The position numbers and the translations under genes were made by a program. Positions 32,602-42,494 of a stretch of 64,000 nucleotides of DNA are shown in pieces (positions within the stretch are counted from its first letter, which is position 1; each line of letters opens with the position of its first letter). Source of the stretch: Candidatus Latescibacterota bacterium (GTDB lineage: Bacteria > Krumholzibacteriota > Krumholzibacteriia > WVZY01 > JAKEHA01); contig OY970173.1 in the NCBI GenBank assembly GCA_963707635.1, positions 1,696,001 through 1,760,000 on the forward strand. Reading direction: 5' to 3'. A model generated the notes under the pieces. That model saw only the letters and a list, made by a program, of their open reading frames with translations, ran no database searches and was not told the DNA's origin.

Positions 32602-35600
32602 ATGGCGGAGACAGTCAGCAACGAGAAGCGCCGCGGGCGGATTCGACGGAAGGTTTCGTATGGAATCGCCGTGGTGGTGACCGCGCTGCTGGCCACACTC
32701 TTCTACCAGGCGACGCAGCTGCTGCCCAAACGCGTCGCCCGTTACGTCAACGACAACTACCTGGCGGGGACGCCCTTCGAGCTCACGATCGAGGGGATTT
32801 CGGGGAGCATCCTGCGCCGCATCGTGCTCAAGAACGCGGTGCTGCGCTACCACTCGTCGACCGCCTCGTACAACGTGTTTCGGGCCGACGAGATCTCCGT
32901 GACCTACGAGCTCTTGCCGATGTTCGGGTTCCGCCTGATCGTCGACGACGTCCTGCTGCGCAACGTGGCGATCCACCTGCGCCAGGACGAGAACGGCCAA
33001 CTCGTGATCCCGTTCCCGCAGGGGAAGACAGGGGACGGCGGCGGCTGGTTCTCGCGCGCCTCGCCGCTGGTGCACGTTCGCCACTTCACCATCGACGGCC
33101 TCGAAATGACCTTCGGCGGTCGCGAGCTCGAGCTTGCCGTCCGCGACGTGAGCCTCGAGGGATCGGTCCGCTACATGAAGGGTGATGCCCGTCTCACCAT
33201 CGATGAGGGCAAGGCCTTCCTCGTCGACTCCGGCAAGACGGTTTCGGAGGTGCGGCTTTCCGCGCGCACCGACGGCACCTCTGTGCGACTGGACGACTTT
33301 GCGGTGCGCCTCGACGAATCGTTCGTCCTGGCGAGCGGGGAGTTTCGCCAGGGCCGCTTCGGCGGCGTCAACCTGGTCTTCAACCCGATTTCGCTGCCGG
33401 AGCTCCACGAGCTGGGGCTCGTGCCGGAGCTGGATGGACGCTTCCGCGGCAAGCTCTCCCTGTCCGGCCCGGTGGATTCGCTGCAGATCGCGGGCACCAT
33501 CTCCGGGAGCGGGTTCGGCGTCGAGCTTTCGGGCGTCGATTTCGAGGGCTCGTTCACGCCCCGGACGCTGGACCTCTCGCGCATCCGCGGCAAGGTATTC
33601 GGGTCGGGCATCGACGGCGCGTTCCAGGTCGGAATCGAGAGCGGAGATTTTGTCTACGAAGGGGAGTGCGAGGACCTCGACCTCTCGCGCGGCTTCATTC
33701 GGGACCGCGGGATTCCGCCGATGTCGCTCACCGGCCACGTCCGGGTCGTGCACACCAAGCGCGCGTCCCGGTACGAATGGTGGACCGACCTCACGCACGC
33801 GGTGGTGGACGGTTACGAGAGCTTTGCCGTGCAGGGCGACGGGGTGTGGGAGGACGCGACCGGCCTGTTGATTCGCCGGGCTGCACTCGATCGTCCCGGA
33901 TACCACGTCACCGGGTCCGGCACCGTTTCCTCTCCCGGCGACATCGCCGACATCCTCTTCGACGTGCAGGGAACCGACCTGGGTTACTTCTGGAAGCACT
34001 TCAAGCTCCCTCCGATCGGCGGGGCCGTGGCGGTAACCGGGAAACTCCAGGGTCCGCTGCACGATTTTCAAGTCAATCTCAACGGCGCGGTTCAGGGCCT
34101 CACGTTCCAGGCGTTCGCCATCGACAGCGGCCTGGTCCAGGCCGAGGTCCGCCGCGTCGGCACCCGGGCGCCGACGGTCAGCGTCTCGCTCTCCGGCCAT
34201 CGGGCCACGATCGCGGGCCGCCGGTTCGAGTCGCCGTCGGTGCTGATCGAAGTCGACACCTCGCTGGTCAGAGTGCAGACGGCGCGCTTCACGCGCGGCG
34301 ATACCGTGGTGGTGGTCGACCTCGACGTGAAGGCGCACGGCGCCCACTCGCGAATCAACGTGCGCCACGCGTCGGTCACGACGCCGCGGGAAACGTGGAG
34401 CACCCCCGGTCCCTCGACGGTCGTGATCGACAACGGCACCGCGAGGATCGATTCGCTGGTGCTGGCCTCGGGGCGCGGCGAGTTCGGGGTGGTGGGGACG
34501 TACCGGGAGAGGGAGCGATCGATGGATCTCGAGGTGTGGGGACGCGGCGCCCGGCTGCAACTGCTGCAGGAGGCGCTGCGCCTGCCGGTGCGGCTCGAAG
34601 GCTCGGGCGACATGGACCTGCGGCTCTACGGCGAGCTCGCTGACCCGCGTTTCGACCTGGAGCTCGCGGTCACGCAGGGCATCATCGACAGCGTGGCGTT
34701 CGACCGGCTCGTGGCGCGGGCCGCGTTCGACGGCGCGGTCTATCGCGTCGACCGCCTCGTCGCGGTCACGGAAGGGGACTCGGTGTTGGCCAGCGGCGCG
34801 TGGGCGTGCGGCCTATCGCCGGCGCGACTCGCGCGCGGCGACTCCACCGGGGTGGTGTGGAGCGCTCCGGTGTCGATGAATGCCCGGTTTGCCCGCTACC
34901 CGCTGGCCTCGGTGTTCGCCGCTTTGCATCGCCCCGCGCCGGTAGCGGCGGCGTACACGGGGATGCTGTCGGTGAGCGGCACGCTGGAGGCGCCGCGGAT
35001 CGCGGCGCGCGGGAAGATCGGGCCGGGCCGGGGACGCGGCCAGGAGCTTCCGCCCGCGCGGCTGGACGTCGAGTACGCGAACGGCACGCTGCGCGTCAAC
35101 GATGTCACGACGACCGCGGAGGCCGACGTGCGCGCGCGGGGGACGTTTCCCCTCGAGATTTCGATGCGCCGCGGGGCACGGATTCACACCGACCGGCCGA
35201 TGGAGTTCACGCTCGACATGGCCCCGCTCAAGGATCAGCCCGTCGAGCTGGGGCGGTATCTGGCCGGGGTGTCGCTCCTGCGCGGCATGCTCGAAGGCTC
35301 CGTGGTCGGGACGGGAACGCCGGCGGTGCCGCGGCTGGCGGGGGCCGTCTCCTTCTCCCGCGGCGAGTTGCAGGTGGTGGGACTGAAGGAGAGCTTCGCC
35401 GACGTGACGCTCAAGTTGAACTTCGTCGACGACGTGATCCGCGTGGCCTCGCTGACCGCGCGCTCGGGCAAGAAGGGCAGCCTGGTGGGGACGGGGTGGG
35501 CGCGCGTGTCCAATTACCGGCTCTCCGACTATCGCGTCGACGTGACCCTGAAGGAATTCCTGCTCCAGTCCATTCCCGACGTGGCGGTCCGCCAGGACGG

Positions 35601-36519
35601 CAGGCTGAGCGTGCAGCTGGTCTCGTGGCGCGACGGCCGGCGCATTCCCTCGATCACCGGAGCGCTGAACATCCGCGAGGCCACCATCTCCATGGACATC
35701 GCGCAGAAGGCGACCCCGGGCACCGGCTCGGAGTTCACGCGGCCCACCGATACGCCCGAATGGATCGCGAGCGTGGATCTGTTCGCGCCCAAGAATGTGT
35801 GGATTCGTAACCCCGACATGACGGTCGAGATGGGGACGGAGGACATGATTCTCAATCGCGACGAGCGCGGGCTGTATTTCCGCGGCGAGCTGGACATCCT
35901 GCGCGGTTCCTACCGGATCTACGGAAACAAGTTCACGATCACGAGCGGATGGATGAATTTCTCCGCCTCGGAAACGATGCGCCCCGAGATGCTCATCCAG
36001 GCGTATACCGTCCATAGAACCTCGGACGGCGACCACAACATCGACCTCACCTTCTCCTGGCCGCACGACAAGAAGGAGCCGCAGATCAACCTCGCTTACC
36101 CGGACGAGCCCGGGTACTCGGAAGCGGACATCTGGAAGATGCTCGGCGGCAGCATCAGCGCGGCCGGCGTGGCGACCAACGCGCTCGAGACGGCGATCAA
36201 CGAGCAGATGATGAGCGGGGTTACCGTCGACGTCGAGCAGCGGCAGGTCGAGAACAGCGCGACCACCAACATCGAGAAGGAGACGCTGGTCGGTATCGGC
36301 AAGTACCTCTGGGAAGACAATATCTACCTGCAGTACCGCCGGGGCCTGTCGGTCGGGGGCGAGCAGGAGGTCAACATGGAGTACCGGCCGACCTGGCTGA
36401 GCAGCCGGTTTCTCCTGCGCTCCCAGTTCATTTACAACTCCCAGAGGAACCGCTCGGGCATCGCGGGGAAGGATACGGACGAGTACAACGTCGACCTCAA
36501 ATACCGCTTCGAATACTAG
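32602..36519 (+). CDS. tamB: Translocation/assembly module TamB-domain protein
   Basis: N-terminal TM anchor, long beta-taco-like body, RG.Y..YG..F.I..G...F and VGIGKYL, terminal YRFEY. Confidence 0.82.
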   Translation: MAETVSNEKRRGRIRRKVSYGIAVVVTALLATLFYQATQLLPKRVARYVNDNYLAGTPFELTIEGISGSILRRIVLKNAVLRYHSSTASYNVFRADEISVTYELLPMFGFRLIVDDVLLRNVAIHLRQDENGQLVIPFPQGKTGDGGGWFSRASPLVHVRHFTIDGLEMTFGGRELELAVRDVSLEGSVRYMKGDARLTIDEGKAFLVDSGKTVSEVRLSARTDGTSVRLDDFAVRLDESFVLASGEFRQGRFGGVNLVFNPISLPELHELGLVPELDGRFRGKLSLSGPVDSLQIAGTISGSGFGVELSGVDFEGSFTPRTLDLSRIRGKVFGSGIDGAFQVGIESGDFVYEGECEDLDLSRGFIRDRGIPPMSLTGHVRVVHTKRASRYEWWTDLTHAVVDGYESFAVQGDGVWEDATGLLIRRAALDRPGYHVTGSGTVSSPGDIADILFDVQGTDLGYFWKHFKLPPIGGAVAVTGKLQGPLHDFQVNLNGAVQGLTFQAFAIDSGLVQAEVRRVGTRAPTVSVSLSGHRATIAGRRFESPSVLIEVDTSLVRVQTARFTRGDTVVVVDLDVKAHGAHSRINVRHASVTTPRETWSTPGPSTVVIDNGTARIDSLVLASGRGEFGVVGTYRERERSMDLEVWGRGARLQLLQEALRLPVRLEGSGDMDLRLYGELADPRFDLELAVTQGIIDSVAFDRLVARAAFDGAVYRVDRLVAVTEGDSVLASGAWACGLSPARLARGDSTGVVWSAPVSMNARFARYPLASVFAALHRPAPVAAAYTGMLSVSGTLEAPRIAARGKIGPGRGRGQELPPARLDVEYANGTLRVNDVTTTAEADVRARGTFPLEISMRRGARIHTDRPMEFTLDMAPLKDQPVELGRYLAGVSLLRGMLEGSVVGTGTPAVPRLAGAVSFSRGELQVVGLKESFADVTLKLNFVDDVIRVASLTARSGKKGSLVGTGWARVSNYRLSDYRVDVTLKEFLLQSIPDVAVRQDGRLSVQLVSWRDGRRIPSITGALNIREATISMDIAQKATPGTGSEFTRPTDTPEWIASVDLFAPKNVWIRNPDMTVEMGTEDMILNRDERGLYFRGELDILRGSYRIYGNKFTITSGWMNFSASETMRPEMLIQAYTVHRTSDGDHNIDLTFSWPHDKKEPQINLAYPDEPGYSEADIWKMLGGSISAAGVATNALETAINEQMMSGVTVDVEQRQVENSATTNIEKETLVGIGKYLWEDNIYLQYRRGLSVGGEQEVNMEYRPTWLSSRFLLRSQFIYNSQRNRSGIAGKDTDEYNVDLKYRFEY

Positions 36520-36531
36520 CGAGGTTCGGGC

Positions 36532-36561
36532 TTGTTCGCCGCCGAGGCCGCTTCGTATAAT
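36532..36561 (+). promoter_or_regulatory. Putative sigma70 promoter
   Basis: TTGTTC, 18 nt, perfect TATAAT (36556-36561). Confidence 0.6.
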
Positions 36562-36608
36562 TGAGGGTGATAGCCCCTCGCGCCCAGCCCCGGGCGAAGG
36601 GTCAGCCC

Positions 36609-39600
36609 ATGAGACGACATCCGGTAGTATCGACGGTCGGGTTCATTCTGCTCGCGGTCGGGCTGTGCGTGCAGTCCGCGTCCGCGCAGGGCTTCGGCCG
36701 CAACAAGATCCAGTACCGCGACTACCAGTGGAGCGTCCTCTCCACTCCCCATTTCGACATCCACTACTACCAGGGGTCCGAGGCCTTTGCCGCGCGCGCC
36801 GCGCTGGTCCTCGAAGACGGCTACGAGCAGTATTCCTACCAGCTGAAGGAAGTTCTCCCCTGGAAGGTGCCGGTCATCCTGTACGCGAGCCACGCCGACT
36901 TCCTCGAGACCAACGTGTCGCCGGAGCAGTTGAGCGAGGGCGTGCAGGCGTTCGCGGAACCGTCGCGACGACGGATCGTGCTGCCGTTCACCAGCTCATT
37001 CAAGGAGTTCGAGCACACGGCCATCCACGAGCTCGCCCACGTATTCACCTTCAACATCGTGTACAACCGGATGCTCGACAACGTGTTCACGCGCAACTAC
37101 CTGTTCCCGATGCCGCTGTGGGTGGCCGAGGGGTTGGCCGAGTACCTGTCGGAGGGGTGGGATGCGGACGCGGACATGTTCGTGCGCGACGCCGTCCTTC
37201 ACGATTACCTCTACCCGTTCTACATGCTGAGCGGGTTCTACGTGTATAAGGAAGGCCAGTCGGTCTTCAACTATATCGCGGAGACCTACGGGCCCGAGAA
37301 GGTGCTCGAGATCCTGGACGCGCTGGCCGGCACCCGCAGCGCCCAGGCGGCGCTGCAGCGCACCATCGGTCTGACCGAGCAGGAATTGTACGAGAAGTGG
37401 TCGAAGGCGCTGCGCAAACACTACTGGCCGCTCTATCCCGACAAGCAGGAGATCGAGGATGTCGGACGGCGGCTGACCGACCACGAAGCCGACCACGGCT
37501 ACTACAACACCAAGCCGATTCTTTCGCCCGACGGCGAATACATTGTCTTCTTCTCCGACCGCTCCGGCATGATCGAGATCTACGTGATGTCGGCACTCGA
37601 CGGCAAGGTCATCGCCCGGGTTGTGACCGGCTCGCGCTCCAACCGCTACGAGTCGCTGCACCTGCTGACCAGCTCGCTCTGCTTCGATCCGACCGGCGAC
37701 CGGGTGGCGTTCGTGGCCAAGAACAAGGGCCACGACGCGCTGTTCGTCAAGAACATCAAGACCGGGGATGAATGGCGCTGCGAGATCGAGTCCGACGGGC
37801 TGACCGCTCCGGCGTGGAGTCCCATCACCGACGAGATCGCGCTGTCGGCCACGTTCCACGGGCAGACGGATCTGATCCTGGTCGACCTCGAAAACGGAAA
37901 GGTCCGGCGCCTCACCAACGATGCGGATGACCAGCTGACGCCGCGCTTCTTTCCCGACGGCAGGCGCCTGGTGTTCGTCCACTATCCCGAGGTCACGATT
38001 CCGGTCCCGCTCGACTTCAGCGGTCCGAACCGGAAGCGGTTGAGCGAGATTGATTTCCTGGCCCACGGCAACGTGAAGCACGGGATGACCTATGACATCT
38101 GGGAGATCGACATGGAAAGCGGGGCGCAGCGGCCGCTGGTCGAGTCTCCGGGCGATGACACGGATCCCATCGTCCTCTCGGACGGGAAGACGCTCATCTA
38201 CGCGTCCGACGAGTCCGGAGTCAACAACCTGCACGCGGGCAACATCGAGACGGGCGACTACTACCGGTTCACCGATGTGCTGGGCGGGTTGTTCACCCCG
38301 AGCGTCCACGAGGAAAAGGGCAGGATCGCGTTTGCGGGGTTCGTGAAGGGCGGCTGGGACGTCTACGTTTCCGACGATCTGAGCACCATGCTCTCGCGGC
38401 GCTACCTCCAGCCCACGCGCAGCGTGCTCGCGCACGACCCGAACATATTCGCCCGCCGTCCGGAGGCGGCCGTGGCTCCCATCCCGGCTCCCGCCCAGGT
38501 CCCCGTCCCAGGTATGGCACAGCTGATACACCCCGCCGATTCGGTGATGGTCGCGGTCACCGTCGACGACACCACCAGCACGGCCGGCGTCGACTCCACC
38601 GCGGCGGGGGAACTGTCCGGCCTGGCGACGACGTCCGACATCGCCGCGTACGAACCCCCGGTTCGCGCGCCGACGCCGCCCGCACCCGCGGCGCCGCCCC
38701 CGAACGCGAATGCGTCCGCTGGCAACGCGCGGGTGGAAGGAATCACGTCGCCGGTCGGGGACGAGGAGATGATGTTCCGCGGCGCGACGGTGGAGCCGTA
38801 CAAGATGCGCCTCTCGCCCGATTACATCGGCAGCGGCGGCGGCCTGTACTTCTCCACCGGCTTCGGATTCGGGATCGCGAACAGCGTGGCGCTGTCCGAC
38901 ATACTCGGCGACAACCACCTCACGTTCGCGTTCAATCTGTACCAGGACATCGCGCAGTCCGACTTCCTGCTGGCGTTTTCGTCGCTGAAACGGCGCGCCG
39001 ATTTTGCGGCGGGCGTCTACCAGTTCAGCACGTACTTCGACAGCCGCTCCACGTCGGTCGGCGAGGCGTTTTCCGGGTACCGGCTCTTCAGCGAGCGCAA
39101 CTACGGTGTCTTCGGCCTGATGAGCCTCCCCTTCAACAAGTTCTACCGCATGGAGACCGACATCCAGGCCTACTATTCGGATCGCGAGTTCTACGAGCGC
39201 GCGAATCCGCAGTCGGGCTTCACCTACAACACGGCCTCGCGCTCGAAGGTGAGGCTGATCGAGCCGTCGGTCGCGCTGGTGCACGACTCGGCGTTCTTCG
39301 GACCGTTCGGCCCGGTGGAAGGGTCGCGCTGGCGCGCGTCGCTCGCGCAGGGCGTCGCGACCAGCAGCCAGGACATTGCGCGCACGACCGCCTACCTCGA
39401 CTGGCGGCGGTACAAGACCATCTTCTGGCGGAACTCGCTGGCGTTCCGTGTCTCCGGCGCCGGCAGCCGGGGCGAGGACCCGCGCGTGTTCTTTCTCGGC
39501 GGCCCGACGACGCTCCGCGGCTACGACTACCAGCAGTTCGAAGGCACGCGGATGTGGCTGGCGAGCATGGAGTATCGCTTCCCGCTGCTCGACGCGATCA

Positions 39601-39872
39601 TCTTCGGCTGGCCGGGGCGCTGGGGGCTGACCAACATCGGCGGCACCGCGTTCTTCGACGTCGGCAGCGCGTTCTACGGCGACTGGCCGCGCTTCACCGA
39701 CAGCTCGGTGAACGGACTGCGCCTGAGCGACGCCGCCCACGCCGACGTGGGATTCGGCGTGTACATGTACCTCGGGTACTTCCTCATGAGCTTCCAGTTC
39801 GCCTGGCCCACGGACTTCTACGAGTTCGCCAACGACATGCAGTTCCATTTCTACATGGGCCCGACGTTCTAG
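36609..39872 (+). CDS. Fusion protein: gluzincin-like peptidase domain, TolB/PD40 beta-propeller, Omp85 barrel
   Basis: Signal peptide, FGRNKIQY, HELAH plus WVAEGLAEY, SPDG/PAWSP/FPDG repeats, Pro/Ala-rich linker, FFLGG..TLRGY, terminal F. Confidence 0.88.
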   Translation: MRRHPVVSTVGFILLAVGLCVQSASAQGFGRNKIQYRDYQWSVLSTPHFDIHYYQGSEAFAARAALVLEDGYEQYSYQLKEVLPWKVPVILYASHADFLETNVSPEQLSEGVQAFAEPSRRRIVLPFTSSFKEFEHTAIHELAHVFTFNIVYNRMLDNVFTRNYLFPMPLWVAEGLAEYLSEGWDADADMFVRDAVLHDYLYPFYMLSGFYVYKEGQSVFNYIAETYGPEKVLEILDALAGTRSAQAALQRTIGLTEQELYEKWSKALRKHYWPLYPDKQEIEDVGRRLTDHEADHGYYNTKPILSPDGEYIVFFSDRSGMIEIYVMSALDGKVIARVVTGSRSNRYESLHLLTSSLCFDPTGDRVAFVAKNKGHDALFVKNIKTGDEWRCEIESDGLTAPAWSPITDEIALSATFHGQTDLILVDLENGKVRRLTNDADDQLTPRFFPDGRRLVFVHYPEVTIPVPLDFSGPNRKRLSEIDFLAHGNVKHGMTYDIWEIDMESGAQRPLVESPGDDTDPIVLSDGKTLIYASDESGVNNLHAGNIETGDYYRFTDVLGGLFTPSVHEEKGRIAFAGFVKGGWDVYVSDDLSTMLSRRYLQPTRSVLAHDPNIFARRPEAAVAPIPAPAQVPVPGMAQLIHPADSVMVAVTVDDTTSTAGVDSTAAGELSGLATTSDIAAYEPPVRAPTPPAPAAPPPNANASAGNARVEGITSPVGDEEMMFRGATVEPYKMRLSPDYIGSGGGLYFSTGFGFGIANSVALSDILGDNHLTFAFNLYQDIAQSDFLLAFSSLKRRADFAAGVYQFSTYFDSRSTSVGEAFSGYRLFSERNYGVFGLMSLPFNKFYRMETDIQAYYSDREFYERANPQSGFTYNTASRSKVRLIEPSVALVHDSAFFGPFGPVEGSRWRASLAQGVATSSQDIARTTAYLDWRRYKTIFWRNSLAFRVSGAGSRGEDPRVFFLGGPTTLRGYDYQQFEGTRMWLASMEYRFPLLDAIIFGWPGRWGLTNIGGTAFFDVGSAFYGDWPRFTDSSVNGLRLSDAAHADVGFGVYMYLGYFLMSFQFAWPTDFYEFANDMQFHFYMGPTF

Positions 39873-39965
39873 CGCGCATCCGCCGCGCGCCCTGCATCCC
39901 GTCCGAAATTGTCCTCCCGCGCGCCGCGCCGGCTGTGTTAGTTTTCCTGTGAACCACACACCGCC

Positions 39966-42179
39966 ATGTCGCACACCACCGAATTGAACGAACGCCAGCG
40001 CGAAGCCGTCCTGGCCACCGAGGGCCCCATCCTGGTGATCGCGGGCGCCGGGAGCGGGAAGACGCGCGTGCTCACCGAGCGCATCGCCCACCTGGTCGGC
40101 GACGTCGGCGTGGCGCCCTACCAGATTCTGGCGTTCACGTTCACCAACAAGGCCGCGCGCGAGATGAAGGAACGCCTGGAGCGCGCGCGCCCCGGCGCGA
40201 CCGAGATGCTATGGGTGGGGACGTTTCACTCCACCGGCGTGCGTATCCTGCGCCGCCACGGCGAGGCGGCGGGAGTGCATCGGGATTTCAGCATCTACGA
40301 CGCGGACGACAGCCTCGGGCTGGTGAAGACGGTGCTCTCGCGCCATCCCAACGACGCGCGCTTCATCAAGTCGCCGCGCGCGCTCCGGGATCGCATCAGC
40401 CGGATGAAGAACGACCTGGTGACCCCTTCGCTCGCGGGCGAGAAGGCGGTGAGCGCCGGCGAGCAGCGCGTGGCGGCGCTCTACGCCGAGTACGAGCGCG
40501 AGCTCAAGCGCGCCAACGCGCTCGACTTCGACGACCTGATCATGAAGGTGGTCGAGCTGTTCGCGGCCAGCGACGAGGCGCGGGAGGCGTACGCGCGCCG
40601 CTTCCGCTACATTCTGGTCGACGAGTTCCAGGACACCAACCCGATCCAGATGGCGATGATCGACGGCCTTTCGTCGGTGCACCGCAACCTGTTCGTGGTG
40701 GGCGACGACGACCAGTCGATCTACAGCTGGCGCGGCGCGCGGGTCGAACACATCCTCGAGTTCGAGGGAGTCTACGCTGACACCCGCGTAATACGATTGG
40801 AGCAGAACTACCGCTCCACCCAGACCATCCTGGATGCGGCCAACGGCGTCATCGAGCACAACCAGGGCCGCAAGGGCAAGCGCCTGTGGACCGAGGGCGG
40901 TGTGGGGGAGAAGGTGCGCGTTAGCGGGAGCGTCGACGAAGAGGCAGAAGCCCTCGCGGTGCTGGGTGCGGTGAAGCGCGAGGTCGCCGCGGGCACCAGT
41001 CTCAAGGACATCGCGATCCTCTACCGGACCAACGCGCAGTCGCGGGCGCTCGAGGACGTGTTCAAGATGGGCTCGATGCCGTATCAGATCATCGGCTCGG
41101 TGCGTTTTTACGAGCGCGCGGAGGTGCGCGACGTGCTGGCGTATTGCAAGGCGCTCGCCAACCCGGCCGACGACTTGAGTGTGAAGCGCATTATCAATGT
41201 CCCGCGGCGCGGGATCGGGAAGACGTCCGTGGACCAGATCGAGGAGATCGCGGTCGCGCGCGGCGGGTCGATGCTCGACGCCATGCGGGCACCGGGGGAC
41301 GGGCTGGGCGCGGCGGCGGCCGCGCGCTGCCGGTCGTTTCTGGAGGTCTTCGACGCCTTGAAGCTGATCGCGGACAGCGAGGTCGCGCCGCACGCGATCG
41401 ACGCCATTCTCAAGACCACGGGCTACCTGAAGTATCTGGAAGAAGTCTACCCGGACGTGGAGGCGCGGGTGGAGAACGTGGAGGAACTGCTGTCGGCCGC
41501 CTACACCTTCGCCGAGAGCGCCGAAGACAAGTCGTTGCGCGCGTTCCTCGAGGAGATCGCGCTGGTGGCCGACGTCGATTCGATCGACCTCGAGAGCGGC
41601 CAGCTCACGCTCATGACCCTGCACAACGCCAAGGGCCTCGAGTTCGACACCGTGATCGTCACCGGCATGGAAGAGGGGCTGTTTCCGCACTACAATTCCA
41701 TCGACGACCCGGCGGCGGTGGAAGAGGAACGCCGCCTCTTCTACGTGGGCATGACGCGGGCCCGACGGCGGCTGTTTCTCACCTTCGCCGGCATGAGGCG
41801 GCGTCTCGGCCTGATGGAAGGGGGGGTGCCGTCGCGGTTTCTCTCCGAGATCCCCGATCGCTGCCTCGAAGAACCCTTCGAGCCGATGCTCGCGCCCTCG
41901 GGTCCGCTGTTCTCCGGCCGCCCGGGCGCGCGCTGGGGATCGGGGCGTGCGTTCGCCAACGAGTACGCGCAGCCGGCCCCGGCCGGGGACGAATCGTTCT
42001 CGCAGGACGCGCCCGCGTCGAGCTACGCAGTCGGGATGCGCGTCATGCACGAACGATTCGGCAAGGGCATCGTGCGTCGCGTGGAGGGGCGTGGAGGCGA
42101 GCTCCGCGTCACGGTGATCTTCGACGCGGGCGGGGAGCGAAAGTTTCTTGCCAGCTACGCGCCGATGCGCCCGTTGTAA
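39966..42179 (+). CDS. pcrA: UvrD/PcrA ATP-dependent DNA helicase
   Basis: AGAGSGKT, VDEFQDTN, LEQNYRS, H.AKGLEF, EEERRLFYVGMTRA, C-terminal Tudor-like domain (VMH.RFG.G). Confidence 0.96.
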   Translation: MSHTTELNERQREAVLATEGPILVIAGAGSGKTRVLTERIAHLVGDVGVAPYQILAFTFTNKAAREMKERLERARPGATEMLWVGTFHSTGVRILRRHGEAAGVHRDFSIYDADDSLGLVKTVLSRHPNDARFIKSPRALRDRISRMKNDLVTPSLAGEKAVSAGEQRVAALYAEYERELKRANALDFDDLIMKVVELFAASDEAREAYARRFRYILVDEFQDTNPIQMAMIDGLSSVHRNLFVVGDDDQSIYSWRGARVEHILEFEGVYADTRVIRLEQNYRSTQTILDAANGVIEHNQGRKGKRLWTEGGVGEKVRVSGSVDEEAEALAVLGAVKREVAAGTSLKDIAILYRTNAQSRALEDVFKMGSMPYQIIGSVRFYERAEVRDVLAYCKALANPADDLSVKRIINVPRRGIGKTSVDQIEEIAVARGGSMLDAMRAPGDGLGAAAAARCRSFLEVFDALKLIADSEVAPHAIDAILKTTGYLKYLEEVYPDVEARVENVEELLSAAYTFAESAEDKSLRAFLEEIALVADVDSIDLESGQLTLMTLHNAKGLEFDTVIVTGMEEGLFPHYNSIDDPAAVEEERRLFYVGMTRARRRLFLTFAGMRRRLGLMEGGVPSRFLSEIPDRCLEEPFEPMLAPSGPLFSGRPGARWGSGRAFANEYAQPAPAGDESFSQDAPASSYAVGMRVMHERFGKGIVRRVEGRGGELRVTVIFDAGGERKFLASYAPMRPL

Positions 42180-42188
42180 GGAGTACGC

Positions 42189-42494
42189 ATGTCCGGACTC
42201 GATCGCGAAGCGGTCCGTCACCTCGAACGCCTCGCCCGCATCGAACTGGCCGCGGACGAGGTAGAAACCATCACCGCCCAGCTCCGCCGCATCGTCAGCT
42301 TCGTGGAGAAGCTCCAGGCGGCCGACGTGACCGGTGTCGAGCCCACGCGGTCGATGTCGCACGAGCCGCTCGATCGCCTGCGCGACGACGTGGTGACGCC
42401 CCCGCTGGAGCGCGCGGACGTGCTGGCGCAGGCGCCCGATGTGTCCGGCGATTTCTTCCGCGTTCCGCGCATCATCGAGAAGGTGGACGAGTGA
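42189..42494 (+). CDS. gatC: Asp/Glu-tRNA amidotransferase subunit C
   Basis: LARIEL, GVEPT, LRDD, APD...FFRVPRII. Confidence 0.95.
   Translation: MSGLDREAVRHLERLARIELAADEVETITAQLRRIVSFVEKLQAADVTGVEPTRSMSHEPLDRLRDDVVTPPLERADVLAQAPDVSGDFFRVPRIIEKVDE

Noticed and set aside
38450..38760. Pro/Ala-rich low-complexity tract as a repeat array
   Set aside because: No regular repeat unit; it is a coding interdomain linker
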